DNA of 64,000 bases, from NCBI RefSeq assembly GCF_006345805.1, contig NC_043005.1, positions 4,216,001 to 4,280,000 on the forward strand, in the 5' to 3' direction. Shown here one piece after another: positions 40,393 to 53,519 of this stretch. The translations under genes were made by a program, and so were the position numbers. The notes below the pieces were generated by a model. That model did no database searches and was not told the DNA's origin. It saw only the letters and a list, made by a program, of their open reading frames with translations. The DNA comes from Octopus sinensis. Taxonomy: Eukaryota. Numbering within the stretch: the first letter of the stretch is position 1; every line of letters starts with the position of its first letter.

Positions 40393-40671
40393 TAGAATGG
40401 TTGTATACTGTCAATTTAACGTGACATTAGGGGATTACACCACCGCTGTTTAGCCCTAGGAAGCATCAACGCCTCCTGATGGCTTCGACAATTTTTTTCC
40501 TGTGTCCTTGTATATTTATGAAGGGTATTTGTCTCCCCTTCGTAAATATATAAGGACACAGGAAAAAAAAAAGTGTCAAAGCCATCAGGAGGCGTCGATG
40601 CTTCCTAGGGCTAAACAGCGGTGGTGTAATCCCCTACTGTCACGTTAAATTGACAGTATACAACCATTCTA
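40393..40671. repeat. Long foldback palindrome (MITE-like), ~135-bp arms with a 10-nt loop
   Basis: tagaatggttgtatactgtcaatttaacgtgac...gaaggg (40393-40525) is the reverse complement of cccttcg...gtcacgttaaattgacagtatacaaccattcta (40536-40671). About six substitutions and a poly-T length difference. Confidence 0.9.
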
Positions 40672-41789
40672 TCGCCCCCACCACCGTACATATCTCTGAG
40701 ATATTTAGAAATTTAATATTTCTGTTTTAAATTAGTCGTCCGTCAAAAATTAGGAATAATTTAAGTTTCTAACACCAGCTTAACAATGACAGTTCTCTTA
40801 AATTCTTCATTTTCAAAATCAACTGAAACAAAGCAATGTATTTCAAAAGAAATACAAAATGGTTAATGTTGGTATATTTTTAAAACTGTCTGTTGCATAA
40901 GAGTTATATATATTATCAAATATTCCATATTACAAATTCATTAGAACCTATAACTTTAAACCTCCCAGACAAATGTCACCCTCATTACTAATGTAATTTA
41001 ATTAATGAAATTGCATTCCCTGTTGCTCAGTCAGTTGGTATATTTAAAAAAAACAAACAAACAATAAAATAAGATCAATGCATTCTTTTATATTTCACAG
41101 AAATCAATCGATTGAATTAAATCGAGGTTAAAATAACTTGTCAAAGAGTTTCTTTCTTCGTAGATCAATGATGTGTTGACTTACAAGTATGCTGCTGCTG
41201 CTGCTGCTGCTGCTTGCATATTATTCAAACATCTCATCACATTTGCATTTGCTGATTGAAGAAATATTTCCCCAATAATTACAAATTGACTCTCAAATTA
41301 TTCTAAAAGATATTGACTCTTCTTTTGAAGAATTTTTTTTCTTTTTAGGTGGTTTCTGAGGCATAATTAAAGCAAATATTTTAAAACATTTGCAGCTGTT
41401 AACATCTCATTCTATACAAAAAAAAAATTTTTTAGAACCCAATCTTTCTTATAGATGGAATGAAATTAATTGTAACCTATAAAAATTTTCTCTAAGATTT
41501 AATAAAAATACTTTTATATTTCCTTTCTGTTCTAGATTCATTCCAATTTTTTGTTTTTCCCCCAAAAGCAAAAAAATCAGAAACTATTTCAATTGTGTAG
41601 TGGCATAAACCAATTTCTAGGGGTACAAACTTAGTGACAAATAAGTTTACAATGAATACCATGATTCCAAACTCCATTGTACACAATATTTTAATTACAA
41701 TCGCAGATGTGATGTTGCTTTATGGATCACTTCATCAGATCGGTCAATTTTTCTTTTTTATTCATAACACATTCCTCTTGGTAGGTGAT

Positions 41790-42125
41790 TCTTTTTTAAC
41801 TCTGGAGCTATTTTTGGCATATTTTTCATAATTTAATAATGATGAACTTATTGTGTACAGTGTCCAGGTGCTCATCAGAAAAAGTAGCCAAAAAGTGCAT
41901 GAACAGTTAAATAGAATAATGCACTGGAAGTGAACAGGGGATGAGTCATTTAAAACAAGTAGTGGGGGGAGTGGGGCAATGGGTGTACTGTTGGTGAGTT
42001 TCAGGAAGCTTGGAAGTTTTGAAGGCTGTAATGTCTCAGTAGCTAACAACTGATGTGGATAGTTTATTCCATGCTTCAGCAATTCTGAGCATGAAAAAAT
42101 GTTTCCGAAAGTCATGGGTGGGTTT
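41790..42125 (-). mobile_element. CR1/L2-like LINE 3' fragment
   Basis: The - strand reads HDFRKHFFMLRIAEAWNKLSTSVVS...TAFK, matching the R..FF..R....WN.LP..VV...S...FK motif of CR1-type ORF2 ends. Confidence 0.65.
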
Positions 42126-42613
42126 TGTGTGTGTGTGAGAGAGATTTCATAAGCATGTCCACATGTGTTAGACATAAGGAATTCATATGCCTCTGGATAT
42201 CAGTTTGTATTTCTTCAGTCTTTTATATATATATATATTATTTGTTTTAGTCATTTGACTGCAGCCATGCTGGAGCACCACCTTTAGTCTAATAAATCTA
42301 CTCCAGAACTTATTCTTTGTAAGCTTGGTACTTATTCTATCAGTCTCTTTTGCTGCATCTCTGAGTGATGGGGATGTAAACACACCAACATCAGTTGTCA
42401 AGCAATGGTGGAGAGACAAACACAGACCCAAATAGCAAACACACACACGCGTGCACGCGCGCACACACACACACACACACACATATATAATATATACGAC
42501 AGGCTTCTTTCAGTTTCCATCTACCAAATCCACTCAAGGCTGTGTTTGGCCTGAGGCTATAGTAGAAGACACTTGCTCAAGGTGCTATGTAGTGGGACTG
42601 AATCTGGAACCAC

Positions 42614-42651
<38 letters not shown>

Positions 42652-43295
42652 CATAATAATCCTCATTTAATGTTTGGCTTCTCCATTGGCATGGGTTAGA
42701 CATTATGGCAGGATCTGACAAGTTGTAGAGCTATCATGCACCAATGTCTACTTTGCCATGGCTTCTCTGGCTGGATGCCCTTTCAAATGCTGACCACTTA
42801 GTTGCAAGACTAAGGGCCAAAGCTGGCCCCTATAACTAAGAAAGAATAGAAGGAGTAGGTGATGATTCTAGGTAGAGGGACGAGTAGTAGTTAATAAGAC
42901 AGGATAGGGGAGCCTGGCAGGAAACAAGACAGGGGGAACGAATTAGCAACAAGGTTGAGAAAAGGGGATGAAAGTGGTTATGGGTTGTGCATGTGGGGGT
43001 GGTTAAGGCTGTCTAACATTATAAGGGGTCAAATGTGTGTATGTATATAGTTGGAATTAACAAAAAAGAAACAAAAGGCAAAGACAGGTGTGTAAACAAC
43101 AAACAGGTGTATTAGTTTAATGCTCAGGAAGGTGAGACTTTTATATTTTGAGCCTATGCTCTTCAACAGAAAGGAACACGAGAAAATAGAGAATAAAAAA
43201 AGCTTTAGTGGCAAGCGGTCAATCATGACAATGTAAATGATACGGGTGGTTAATTTGCAGCTTTACAACCTAAATACAGAGAGATGGGTGGTGGT

Positions 43296-43600
43296 GGGGC
43301 ACATGGCTCAATGGTTAGAGCGTTGGGCTCACAATAATGAGGTAGCGAGTTTGATTCCTGGACTGGGTTCACTTTGCTCCAGTTTATTCAGCCATAGAAA
43401 CAAGTTGAGATATCACTGGTGCCAAGCTGTATTGGCCTTTGCCTTTCCCTTGGATTACATCAATGGCATGGCAAGAGAAGGCTGGTATGCATGGGTGACT
43501 GCTAGTCTTCTATAAACAACCTTGTCTGGACTTGTGCCTTGGAGGAGAACTTTCTAGGCGCAATTCTATGGTCAATCATGACTGAAGGGGGTCTTCTTTA
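43296..43600 (+). mobile_element. tRNA-derived SINE family 3; representative. Others at 5040-5330+, 21340-21520-, 27555-27810+, 30640-31165- (x2), 38180-38495-
   Basis: tRNA-like head tggctcaatggttagagcg...gagtttgattcc (A/B boxes). Shared body motifs recur in the other copies. Confidence 0.7.
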
Positions 43601-46600
43601 AATAAATGGAATTGTGGGTTATGAACAATTTTTTAACATAAAACATCTTGGGTGATGAACAGTGTCACGGGCAGCAAGCAACAACTGGGATGTAAACACA
43701 CCAACACTGGCTGTCAGGCAGTGATGGGGATACAGACTCAAAGATACACACACATGCATCTACTTTCAATTTCCATCTACCAAATCCACTCACAAGGCTT
43801 TGTCAGCCCAAGGCTATAGTAGAAGACACTTTCCCAAGGTGATGTGCAGTGGGACTGAACCCAGAACCATGTGATAGAAAGTGATATAAAATAAATTATT
43901 TTTTAATGATGGAGCTCAAAGTAGATAAAGCTATATATAAAAGCATGTAGACTTGAGTTAAAAGAAAAAAACCTTGGATTGGAAAAGTTGAAAGCTACTG
44001 TATCTACTTCATGTTCCCTCATTAAAACCAAATTATTTTATATATGTATATAGTTTACAGTTCCATTCTATGAGGAGGATGATATGTGTGTGTATATAAA
44101 GATTATATATAATGATGATGATGGGATGTATGTATAAGACCTAGAAAATATTCAAAGAATTAATTATATAACAGAGTGGTGTACTTAAAATTACACCATT
44201 GCACTAAATATCTTGTGGTTGATTGAACTTGAGGTATTCTTTAAGTCTAAGATTATTTTGGCCGTGTAGTCTCTAATCCCTTTGGTAGCTACTTGTAACT
44301 TTTCTGGAATGTTAATTATAAACTGAGTCTTTAGTGTATTGGGTCATTGGGACCCCTCTACCCCCCCCCCTCGTAAAATCTTGATTTCGTGTGTCTAAGG
44401 CAAAAGAGCTAAATATAACCAGGCTATTCCAGTTGTCTAATGAGTTGCATTATCAACTTCAATGTCGTTATCACGATTAACTTCATTAAGTTACTTGATT
44501 AGGTTACTCTTTAACCTTGTTGCAGCTGCCTTTCAACTTCTCTCTTCTAATTTCCTGATTGAGTTGTATTTCTGCTTTCAATCTGTCGAGTTTAACAAAT
44601 ATATTTTCTATATTTATATCAAAATACATTCTATGTGGTTATCTTTATGCCCAACTTAATGTGGATTACCGAATGCTGTGTTATTTGCTGAGATAGATCC
44701 TCTCATATGGATTTGTGGTGCATAAGAGCATATGTATTTCTGTCATTGACACATGAGGATTGTCTGCTCCAGCTGTCGGAATTGCCAGTTCACGGGATTT
44801 CATCCTGCTTGGGGCTTCTCAGTGGCAGGCACCCACTAGCTACATAACAGCCAAATCTCATTGTTAATGATATATAAATTTTCAGTGTCTTTTCAGTCAC
44901 TGATGTCACAAGTAGCTTGCAGGCTTATTAAAAAATAATTAATTTCAACAGAAGCAATATTGATTAGAACCAGTTTCATCAGTAGCTCTTTCATTTTTTC
45001 ATAATTACTATTTTTTCCTAAAGTTTTTGTAAGCAAGTAACATTTGTATACCCTTAATATAACATACTCTATATTTACAAAGAGCCTGTTTCTGATGTAT
45101 GAAATACAGAAACAGGCTCTGTATTGTTTAATGTCCGTCTTCCATTCTGGTGCTTTGGGTCAGACTGTTTGATAGGATCCGTCGAATTCCAGTGTCTGCT
45201 TTGGTATGGTTTCTCTGGCCTGATTGCCCTCCTAACACCAACCATTTTTCAGAGTATACTGGGTGCTTTTTTTTATGGCACCAACACTGGTGGGGTCACC
45301 AAGTAACTTGCATGAGAAAAACAATTCTCCTTGACTGAGCTGGGGGTGTAGTAGAGAGAGAGAGGTGGCTTTACATCAGATGGTGAAAGGCTAAAGTTTA
45401 GAAGGTACAGGGGCAGATTTACACAATAGAAGAGATACAGGGATACCCTGCATTATATAAGGGTAGGTAAAAGTAGCTGGAAAGAGAGATAAATATGGCT
45501 GTGGTGCTGTGTCAAGTTGTACTCTGAAGGTATTACAAGGTATGAGAGAATATGGTACTAATAAAGTACCAGACATGTAACTAATGGGGTTGATTTGTTC
45601 AGCTAAATCCGTCAAGGCAATGCTCCAACATGGTTGCTGTCCAATGAGGAAACAAAAGAATAAAAGAAATAAATGAATATTTATGAATAATAAACACTTG
45701 GTTGTTATAATGTTGATTGATTGGCCATATTAGAAATTCTAGCATTGCCATATTCTAATTTCACTGTCATATGAAGAATACTTATCTTCCTTCTCCTCTA
45801 TTCCAAACTTTGATTTCTCCCTATGTCTGCAGATTTTAAACAGACTATTCCATTTTATTTTTACCATTTTGACTGTTGCTATAGCTTTATTCTATTCGTA
45901 GAATGGAATCCTGATTCAGTTTTTAATAAGCAGTGGAAGAGTTGTTGTCGTTGCATGTGTAGTCGACATCCTAACATTGCATGTGTTGTCTGTCTCCCTT
46001 GAGTATCTTCACCTGATTCTTTATATTTGGCATGATTCTATTATATATATATATGTTTATGCATTGTTAACTTCAAAGATACTGTCTGTTTGTCTTTCTT
46101 TCAATCTGTCTTTGAAGCTGTTATTTTGAAAATTCTATGGTGGTAGAAGTGAATTGCCCAACAGAGCAGCTGTGCAGGATGTTTTTCTATAGCATCTAAT
46201 TCCAAACCGCTTTGCTTTCATTTCAAATCCCTTCACAATTCATTTGCTGTTTCCTCTCAACAGAGTCAGTACAATAAGTCACTAGTTAAATACTGGTTTT
46301 GTTTCCTTTATAAATAAATAAATACTGCCTTTGTTATTCATTAAAACACATTAGTCTTAGAAATCCCTCACATCAGTTTTTCTTTTTATTTGTTGAAGTG
46401 TGAAGTTTCGCGTTAATTTTGCAATATTTAATTTATTTGACAATGATGAGTAAATTCCTTCTCTCTTCCGATAGATTTGAACATGCATGCTAACCACTGT
46501 TGTTTCACTTCCAGAGAACAACTTCTTCTTTCATATAGTCTCTGTTGACCACCCACGATTCCTTGATGGGCAGAGGTTGGGGTGGGACCTTGAGACACGA

Positions 46601-46791
46601 GTGCTTTAATCTGATTAAAATGTTTGCCTCTCAATCATATAGTTCAGGTTCAATTCCAATTGCATGGCACTTTGAGTGAGTGAATTTGAATTCAGAATTT
46701 AAAGAGCTGGAAAAAAATGCCACTAGTATTTTGTCTGACATGTTAATGATTCTGATGATAATAGAAATAATAATAATAATAATATAATAAC

Positions 46792-47150
46792 AAGAGCACT
46801 CAGAGAGTGCAAACCTCCACCAAAACAAGACCAGTGTCCTCTCAACGATTAACTGGAGATGATTTTTAAAACGAGAATATCTGAAATAAACTCGACTGCT
46901 CTCGCAAACAAGAATGCTAAAAATGAACCTGACTGCTCTCAAAAATTAATTAAAAAAAATTAGGAAAGATAATCCAGAATTCTTGTCTGGCATCAGATCA
47001 ATCCCCAAAATTTAATCAGTTTGTGCCAGTCACGAGGTCAAACATCCCTGGACGTTTCACCTCAATCCATCCAGTGGTTCTTGAGATATTTTGTCCATGG
47101 AAAAAAAAAATCAAACACAACTGGAAACAATACCTTCACGGGGGTGATAA
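46792..47150 (-). mobile_element. Helentron-associated non-autonomous element (HINE-like)
   Basis: Subterminal inverted repeat acctcc(g/a)cc / gg(c/t)ggagg and terminal agagcactcagagagtgcaaacctcc. Inserted in (AAT)n. Second copy at 55160-55517. Confidence 0.6.
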
Positions 47151-47920
47151 TAATTTTATTATAGACACAAGGCTTAAAATTGGGGAGAGGTGTAAGTTGA
47201 TTACATCAACCCCAGTATTAGACTGGTACTTATATTATCAACCGCAAAAGGATGAAAGGCCAAGGTGACCTTAGCAGAATTTAAGCTCAGAACATAAGAC
47301 AGATGAAATGTCACTAAGCCTTCTGCTGAGTGTGCTAACGGTTCTGCCAGTTTGTCTTAATAAGAATCCTTCCTATTATAGGCACAAGGCTTGAAATTTT
47401 GTGGTGGGAACCAATATGCAACTGATACTTATTATATTGGCCCTGAAAGAAGAAGAATAACAATAATACTGTTTCAAATTTTGGCACAAAGCCAGCAATT
47501 TGGGGGTGAGAATTAGTCAATACAATCATTTTCAGTACTTGACTAGTACTTTATCAACCTTAGGGGGATGAAAGGCAAAATTGAGGTTGGCTGGATTTGA
47601 TCTCAATGTAAACAACTGGAACAAATACCACAAAGCATTTTTCTTCAAATGCTGTAATGATTCTACCCAACTTGAAGAATGGTGATAGCAACAGTAATAG
47701 AAGTCTTGTCTTGAAGGATATTCGGTGGTCTCACTGCTGCTGGTGCCACATAAAAGACCACCCAGTACACACTGTAAAATGGTTGGCATTAGGAAGGCCT
47801 TTGAGCAGTAGAAACCATGCCAAAGCAGACAGCAGAGCTTGGTACAGTCTTCTGACTTGTCAGCTCTTGTCAAACTGTCCAACCCATGACAGCATGGAAA
47901 ACAAATATCAAATGAGGATG

Positions 47921-48480
47921 ATGTGGCTGTGTGGTAAGAAGTTTGCTTCTCAACCACATGGTTCTGGGCTCAGTCCCACTATGTGGATCCTTGGACAAAT
48001 GTATCCTACTATAGCCTTGGGCCAACCAAAGCTTTGTGAGTGGATTTGGCAGATGGAAATTGAAAGGAGCCCATTGTGTATATGTGTCTGTCCCCATTGT
48101 GTGACAGCCAATGTCGGTGTGTTTACGTCCCCATAACTTAGCAGTTTGGCACAAGACACTGATAAAATAAATACTAGGCTTACAAAGAATAAGTCCTGGG
48201 GTCAATTTGTTTGACTAAAGGCGGTGCTCCAGCATGGCTGCAGTCAAATAAGAGTACATCTATTATCTGTGTGTCTTTGTGTTTGTCATCCAACACCATC
48301 TGACAACCAGTGTTGGTTCATTTATGTTTCCATAACTTGGTTTTGCAAAAGAGACCAATCGAATAAGAGAAAACGAATAGCAGGCCTTAAAAGGAAGAAA
48401 ATAACGGGTTCAATTTATTTGACTAAAAACCCTTCAAAGTGGTGGTCCAGCATGGCTGCAGTCCAATGACTGAAAAACAA
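47921..48480 (+). mobile_element. tRNA-derived SINE family 1 (head, central microsatellite, conserved tail); representative. Others at 3600-3940-, 6475-6640+, 9995-10140+, 15150-15320-, 36890-37257-, 37375-37749-, 42240-42610-, 43680-43875-, 50388-50780+, 52210-52360-, 54470-54600-, 58320-58630+
   Basis: Head gtggctgtgtggtaagaag...ggttcagtccc (pol III A/B-box-like), tggcaccttgggcaagtgtc, and tail ggtgctccagcatggc.gcagtc.aatgactgaaac. Confidence 0.85.
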
Positions 48481-51400
48481 CAAAACACACACACACTCGT
48501 GTGTGTGTGCATAACTACTAGGCTTTGGTGTCTATGTAAAATGTATATTATGAAAACATGGATAAAAATCTTTGCACTAATCTTTTATTTAAATGTAAAT
48601 CTGTGTGTATGTATATATATTTGTGTGTGTATATATTTTCACCATTCAATCCCAGGTTAGTTCTAAATATATTTAACTGCTAACTACAACAACAACAACA
48701 ACAGCCCTTGCTCCAAATCTCAGCTACTTCATATCATCTAACTCGGTAGCTGATACCTCCTCGGTTTCTGCCATAATTCCCAGACCCTCAAGTGGCTTGC
48801 AGCTGTACAAACCAACAAAACTGTTTACCATTTCCAAAGAAAATCACTCACCACCATAATGCCTGCACGAAGAGCAGAAGATACCTTATATGCATTGCAC
48901 TGTGTGCAGACTCTCTCATCTCCCAAACTGCATCTTGGTCTTCTGGTCCCTTGCCAAGAGGGTCTCAACTAATTTAAAGCTTGTATCCATGTTGCCGCTC
49001 CTCAACCAAAATGATTCTGTAAATAGGATACCTGCTGATAAAGAAATCACATTTGCTAGCAATTTTGCTGACAACACATGCTCTCTCTCACACGCTCTCA
49101 CTCATTCACTCACTCACATGTTCTCACTCACAGACACCCTCATTTTTCACACACACACACACACACTTTTATATACACTTTCTCACAAACACATATATAT
49201 TAAGTCTTTCACAAACACTCACACACCCTACTCATGCCCCCACTCCAATTGCACACTCACACTCTCATACATACTCCATATACATTCTCATACACCACCA
49301 TATACTCATTCACTCACACACTCTCTCTCTCTCACTTGCACCCCTCCTCCCACAAGTAACAAAGCTCCACCAAACTCGATTCCACACACCTTTCCTAGAG
49401 TATGCAATACACCAGCCACCATTTATTCATTATAAAAGGTAGACAAAATGACTATCAATCAACATCTCTGAAGTATGAACTACGTCTATGGCCGGATACA
49501 TTGACCCCTTGCCATCATTGATTACGAAATACACACAATTGCCAACTTAGAAAAAAAAACTGGTTGATCACTCAAATTTAGCAAGGTGACTGATCTTGAT
49601 GGTACCCCTACTATTAAGCCCCACTATTAATCTGTCCCCTCAGCCCCTTTCCTTAGCCCATTCCCTTCACCCTTTACCTCAACCCCATCCTTGGGCTTTC
49701 CCCCTCAGCTTGTACCTTCAGTCTGTCTCATTAATCACCAAACAGGGATCCACCCCTAACTTATATCCTCACCACTTCATCAGTGGTGAGGATATTCCTT
49801 TCTTCTCCCTACACTAAGATTTACCCTAATCTGTATGTAGATATGTTTCATTCTCAAGTAGGGGATTTCTGTTTAACCCCACCAATTACTGCCTTCCGGT
49901 CCTCATTTCTAAAATCCTAAAGATAATAGGAATTGTCATAAAAAAAAACCCCAACTCCTTCATCTTTCCCTTCTTCAGTGACCATCAACAGGATTTTATA
50001 TGCTGCTAGTTTTAGCAGAAACCTTTATTCTTCTGTTATGCATCAGTGGCTTCTCATTCTTTGAGAATTTTAACAGAAGCAGGTTTCTTGCCCCTAGCAG
50101 TGACTGTTGATTGTGTCTACGAGAACCTCCTAGCAGAGTGACCCTTGCTTCTGAAATTTCCTCTCAAACCAATTTGATTTGTAACCATTTCAGTTGTTTA
50201 ACATGGTTTCTGCATAAACTGAGACATGTTCAATAGTGTTAAACATTCCCCAGTCCATCTAGTTGGTCACCTGGTTGCTGGCTCTTCGGATGAGAATGGC
50301 CGGCAAACAGACTAATATCTTAGTCTTGAAAAAAGACTTGTCTCATCTATCAAAAATTGGAATGCATTGAATTGGAATTACATTATAGGTGTGGCTGTGT
50401 GGTTAGAAGCTTGTTTCCCAACCACTTCGTTCCAGGTTCAGTCCCATTGCATGGCACCTTGGACAAGTGTCTTCTAATATAGCCTTGAGCTGACCAAATC
50501 CTTGTGAGTGGATTTGGTAGATGGAAACTGAAAGAAGCCCATCATATATTTATGCATGTTATGCATGTATCTTTGTGTTTGTCTCACCACCACTTGACAA
50601 CTGGTGTTGGTTTGTTTATGTCCCTGTAGCTTAATAGTTGGCAAAAGCAACCAATAGCATAAGTATCAGATTGGGCGGGGGGTGGGTGGTTAACTACTGG
50701 TTCATTTGTTTGACTAAACCCTCCAAAGTGGTACCCCAGCATGGCCACTGTCCAGTGACTGAAGCAAACAAGATAAAAGATTAAAAAGATTTGTCTCAAC
50801 TATTGATATTAGAATTGGAATCCATCCTTGACTTACGAGAGCATTGAGTTATAGAAGCTGTAAGAGAAAGGTTGATCAAACTAAAGGAATAAAATGAACC
50901 AAACTTCTTTTCTCTCCTTCTCTCTCTCTCTCTCCCCCCCACCACACTCTCGAATCACACAACAAGGTGTTGTTTCGCATTGAAAGCCACTGTTCGTTAC
51001 CAACAGTTCGTTAGTTCACTCGTTGGCCAATGTTTTCCTATGACTCAATGCTATGTTAAGTAATAACACAGTCAACTAAATGCAGCCCTGATAATTAAGT
51101 CTAACTAAACTAGTTAGCCATTAAACATGATCATTTTAATCTACTTCCTCCTTTTGTTAACAAAACAATGGACAGTACACAGATTTTACAAGCTTTAGTC
51201 ACCAACTTTGACTAGGAGCTTAGTTGGAATCAAAACACTTTGAATAACACACACACACACACACACACGGTGTGGGTGTATTTAATCTGTTACACCCACC
51301 CAGTCTCATGGTTATTTTTCATATTTTATTACTATTATCATTGTTTTTTTTTCATACAATCATTTAATTATTGTCTTTTAATGAGTTAATTAGTATCTTC

Positions 51401-52863
51401 TATGTAGGGAGTGGTGCTAAATTCTTCAAAAGCCATTTGCCATTTCAGTTTCAATTCCCAGTTTGCATCTTCTACATAACTCATTCCTCGTACAGTCTTT
51501 CGCTCTGACTGAGATAGTTGACCCCTCTCACTTGCAATATCATATTGAAATTCCTTAGAATGTTTTGCAACCAAACTCAGAAGACACAGTCGACTATTGA
51601 AGGAGAGCTACGTAGTGGTGGTGTTGTGGACCAGTCTGTGCAATGTCTTCTGTCCCAGAAGAGGCACAGTCCACCTTCAAGCCTTCACTCAGTGGGGTTC
51701 AGCTCAGAGCCATATGATGAGTCTTACCATCATTTAAACATATTTTCATGCCTTGCAAGGGCTGAACAGAACTTCTTGTAGATTTTTCTGTAGTTGGGTG
51801 CCTCTTGTGTCTCCAACCTTCCTCTGCTTCGAAGCAAGGTAACATTTCTCCAAGACTTAGTATCTATCCATGGAAGTTTAGAACACTACCAGTATGATGC
51901 TGTCACTCACATCTATCGCATGATGTCAAGACAAGGAGACACAAACACATGCACACGTGTGTGTGTGTGTGTGTGTATGAAAAATTGTGATAAACACAAG
52001 AGGCAGCTTATTTGTTCCCTACGCTCGTTTCACCATTGTGACTATTAACATCCTCTGTAGTGGGTGTTCTTTGGATGCAAATCCAGAACAGTTCCTCAGG
52101 AGAATACATTATTACATTATCTCAACACCTCAAATGCACCAGAAGTAGTCATACACCTGACTGTACACACCAGAAATAATACACATGCACACACACACAC
52201 ACACACACACACAGCAGGATTCTGTCAGTTTCCATCTACTAAATCTACTCACAAGGCTTTGGTTGGCCTGGGGCTGTAGTAGAAGACACTTGCCTAAGTT
52301 GCTGCATGGTGGGACTGAACCCAAAACCATGTGTTTGGGAAGTAAACTTCTCAACCACAACACCTGGACCTCATCAGACAGACTTCTTAACATGGAATGG
52401 AAGGCTCTGAATACAACCAAGCTTTGAATTTCTAGCAAACAAGCAAACAATGCTATGATGAAGTTACAAATATAACCAAAACTCATTATTACAGCATTTT
52501 AATCAGGACTAACCCAGTAACACATCTGCTCAACAGATGGACGGATGTCGCGATCTGCTGATCCAGTTCTTTTTTGTTAGACGTTTACTAGCGACTGTAC
52601 ATTGTGGTATGTGATGACTGCCAAGTAAATCTAGGCTGATTTCGAGAAAGAGTCCACGCTTGCTGATGAAACTTTACTTAATGGTTGAGTAAAGTCTCAA
52701 GATAAAAGATAACTCTAATGAAGAATTGAGCATCAGTTCTGTAAATGGAATAAAATAAAAAAGTATTCATTGCAGAATGGAATGTTCTGTGGTGTCTTGG
52801 TAATCCTGGTATTTTTCAGTAAATGTGATGTTATTTTTAACTTCAGAAATAACTTTCTCTTGC

Positions 52864-52888
52864 TCTGCCTGCCTGCCTGCCTGCCTGC

Positions 52889-52966
<78 letters not shown>

Positions 52967-53330
52967 CGTGCTCACACACACAGTCTCTCTTTCTCTCTCA
53001 CACCTTTTTGCCTCTCCACCCTCTCTCTCTCATCATCTCTTCCTTTTCCCCCTCCCTCTGTGTCACATTTTTGCCTCATTCAGTCTTTTATCACATCCCT
53101 TCTCTCTTATAGCCCCCCCCTCTCTCATCGCACCCTCCCTCCCTCTCATCGCACCCCCCATCTCTCATCCCACCTTCCCTCCCTCTCATCGTACCCTCCC
53201 TCCCTCCCTCTCATCGCACCCCCCATCTCTCATCCCACCTTCCCTCCCTCTCATCGTACCCTCCCTCCCTCCCTCTCATCTCATCGTCTCTCTCCTTCAC
53301 TCCCCTTTCTTTTACTTTCTCTCCTCCATT
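52864..53330. repeat. (CTGC)n(CTGT)n(CT)n microsatellite followed by a C-rich minisatellite with a 65-bp higher-order unit
   Basis: Two identical 65-bp copies at 53151-53215 and 53216-53280, built from CTCTCATC subunits. Confidence 0.9.
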
Positions 53331-53429
53331 GCAATAATTGTCATTAAATAAATACTTAATCTGTCAAATTTCTTTCTTGCTGTATTTCACTAATTCTCAG
53401 ATAATCTTTTAATTTTCTTTTCTATCCAG

Positions 53430-53519
53430 GCTTCTCGTAGGATTTCTGAGTTGTTTGACGATCTCAAAGATGGCCACAATTTGATTTCTCTCTTAGAAGT
53501 TCTCTCTCATGAAACGCTG
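53430..53519 (+). CDS. shot: Spectraplakin (short stop/dystonin/MACF1 family) exon, CH1 domain central part: ASRRISELFDDLKDGHNLISLLEVLSHETL
   Basis: Acceptor ttttcttttctatccag|G and donor CTG|gtaagt. 90 nt, phase 0/0. Translation contains the diagnostic DL.DGHNLISLLEVLS motif of plakin/spectraplakin CH1. Same length and boundaries as the homologous vertebrate plectin/DST/MACF1 exon. Confidence 0.95.

Noticed and set aside
40480-40500. Hammerhead in the 40.4-kb palindrome
   Set aside because: The core reads CTGATGG and no GAAA or cleavage triplet with paired helix I follows.
41164-41186. 23-nt microexon candidate (ttcttcgtag|...|gtatgc)
   Set aside because: Not a multiple of 3. Stops in two phases, and the open phase cannot join the phase-0 exon at 53430.
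43296-43375. tRNA genes at SINE heads (also 30850-30915 and others)
   Set aside because: A/B boxes are present, but the cloverleaf is incomplete and the sequence continues into repeat bodies. These are SINEs.
52537-52606. Short ATG ORF with donor as a coding first exon
   Set aside because: It ends in phase 1, so splicing to 53430 gives an immediate stop.
52611-52695. CTGATGA plus 8-bp stem as a hammerhead, or C/D-box snoRNA
   Set aside because: No GAAA after the stem. The terminal D box is non-canonical, there is no terminal stem, and no recognisable rRNA guide.
1-53429. Exon encoding ...QKKTFTKWVNKHL... and a complete gene model
   Set aside because: Manual scan for the back-translated motif found no match (40190 acaaaatggttaa is a MITE end). 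The exon is presumed to lie upstream of the window.
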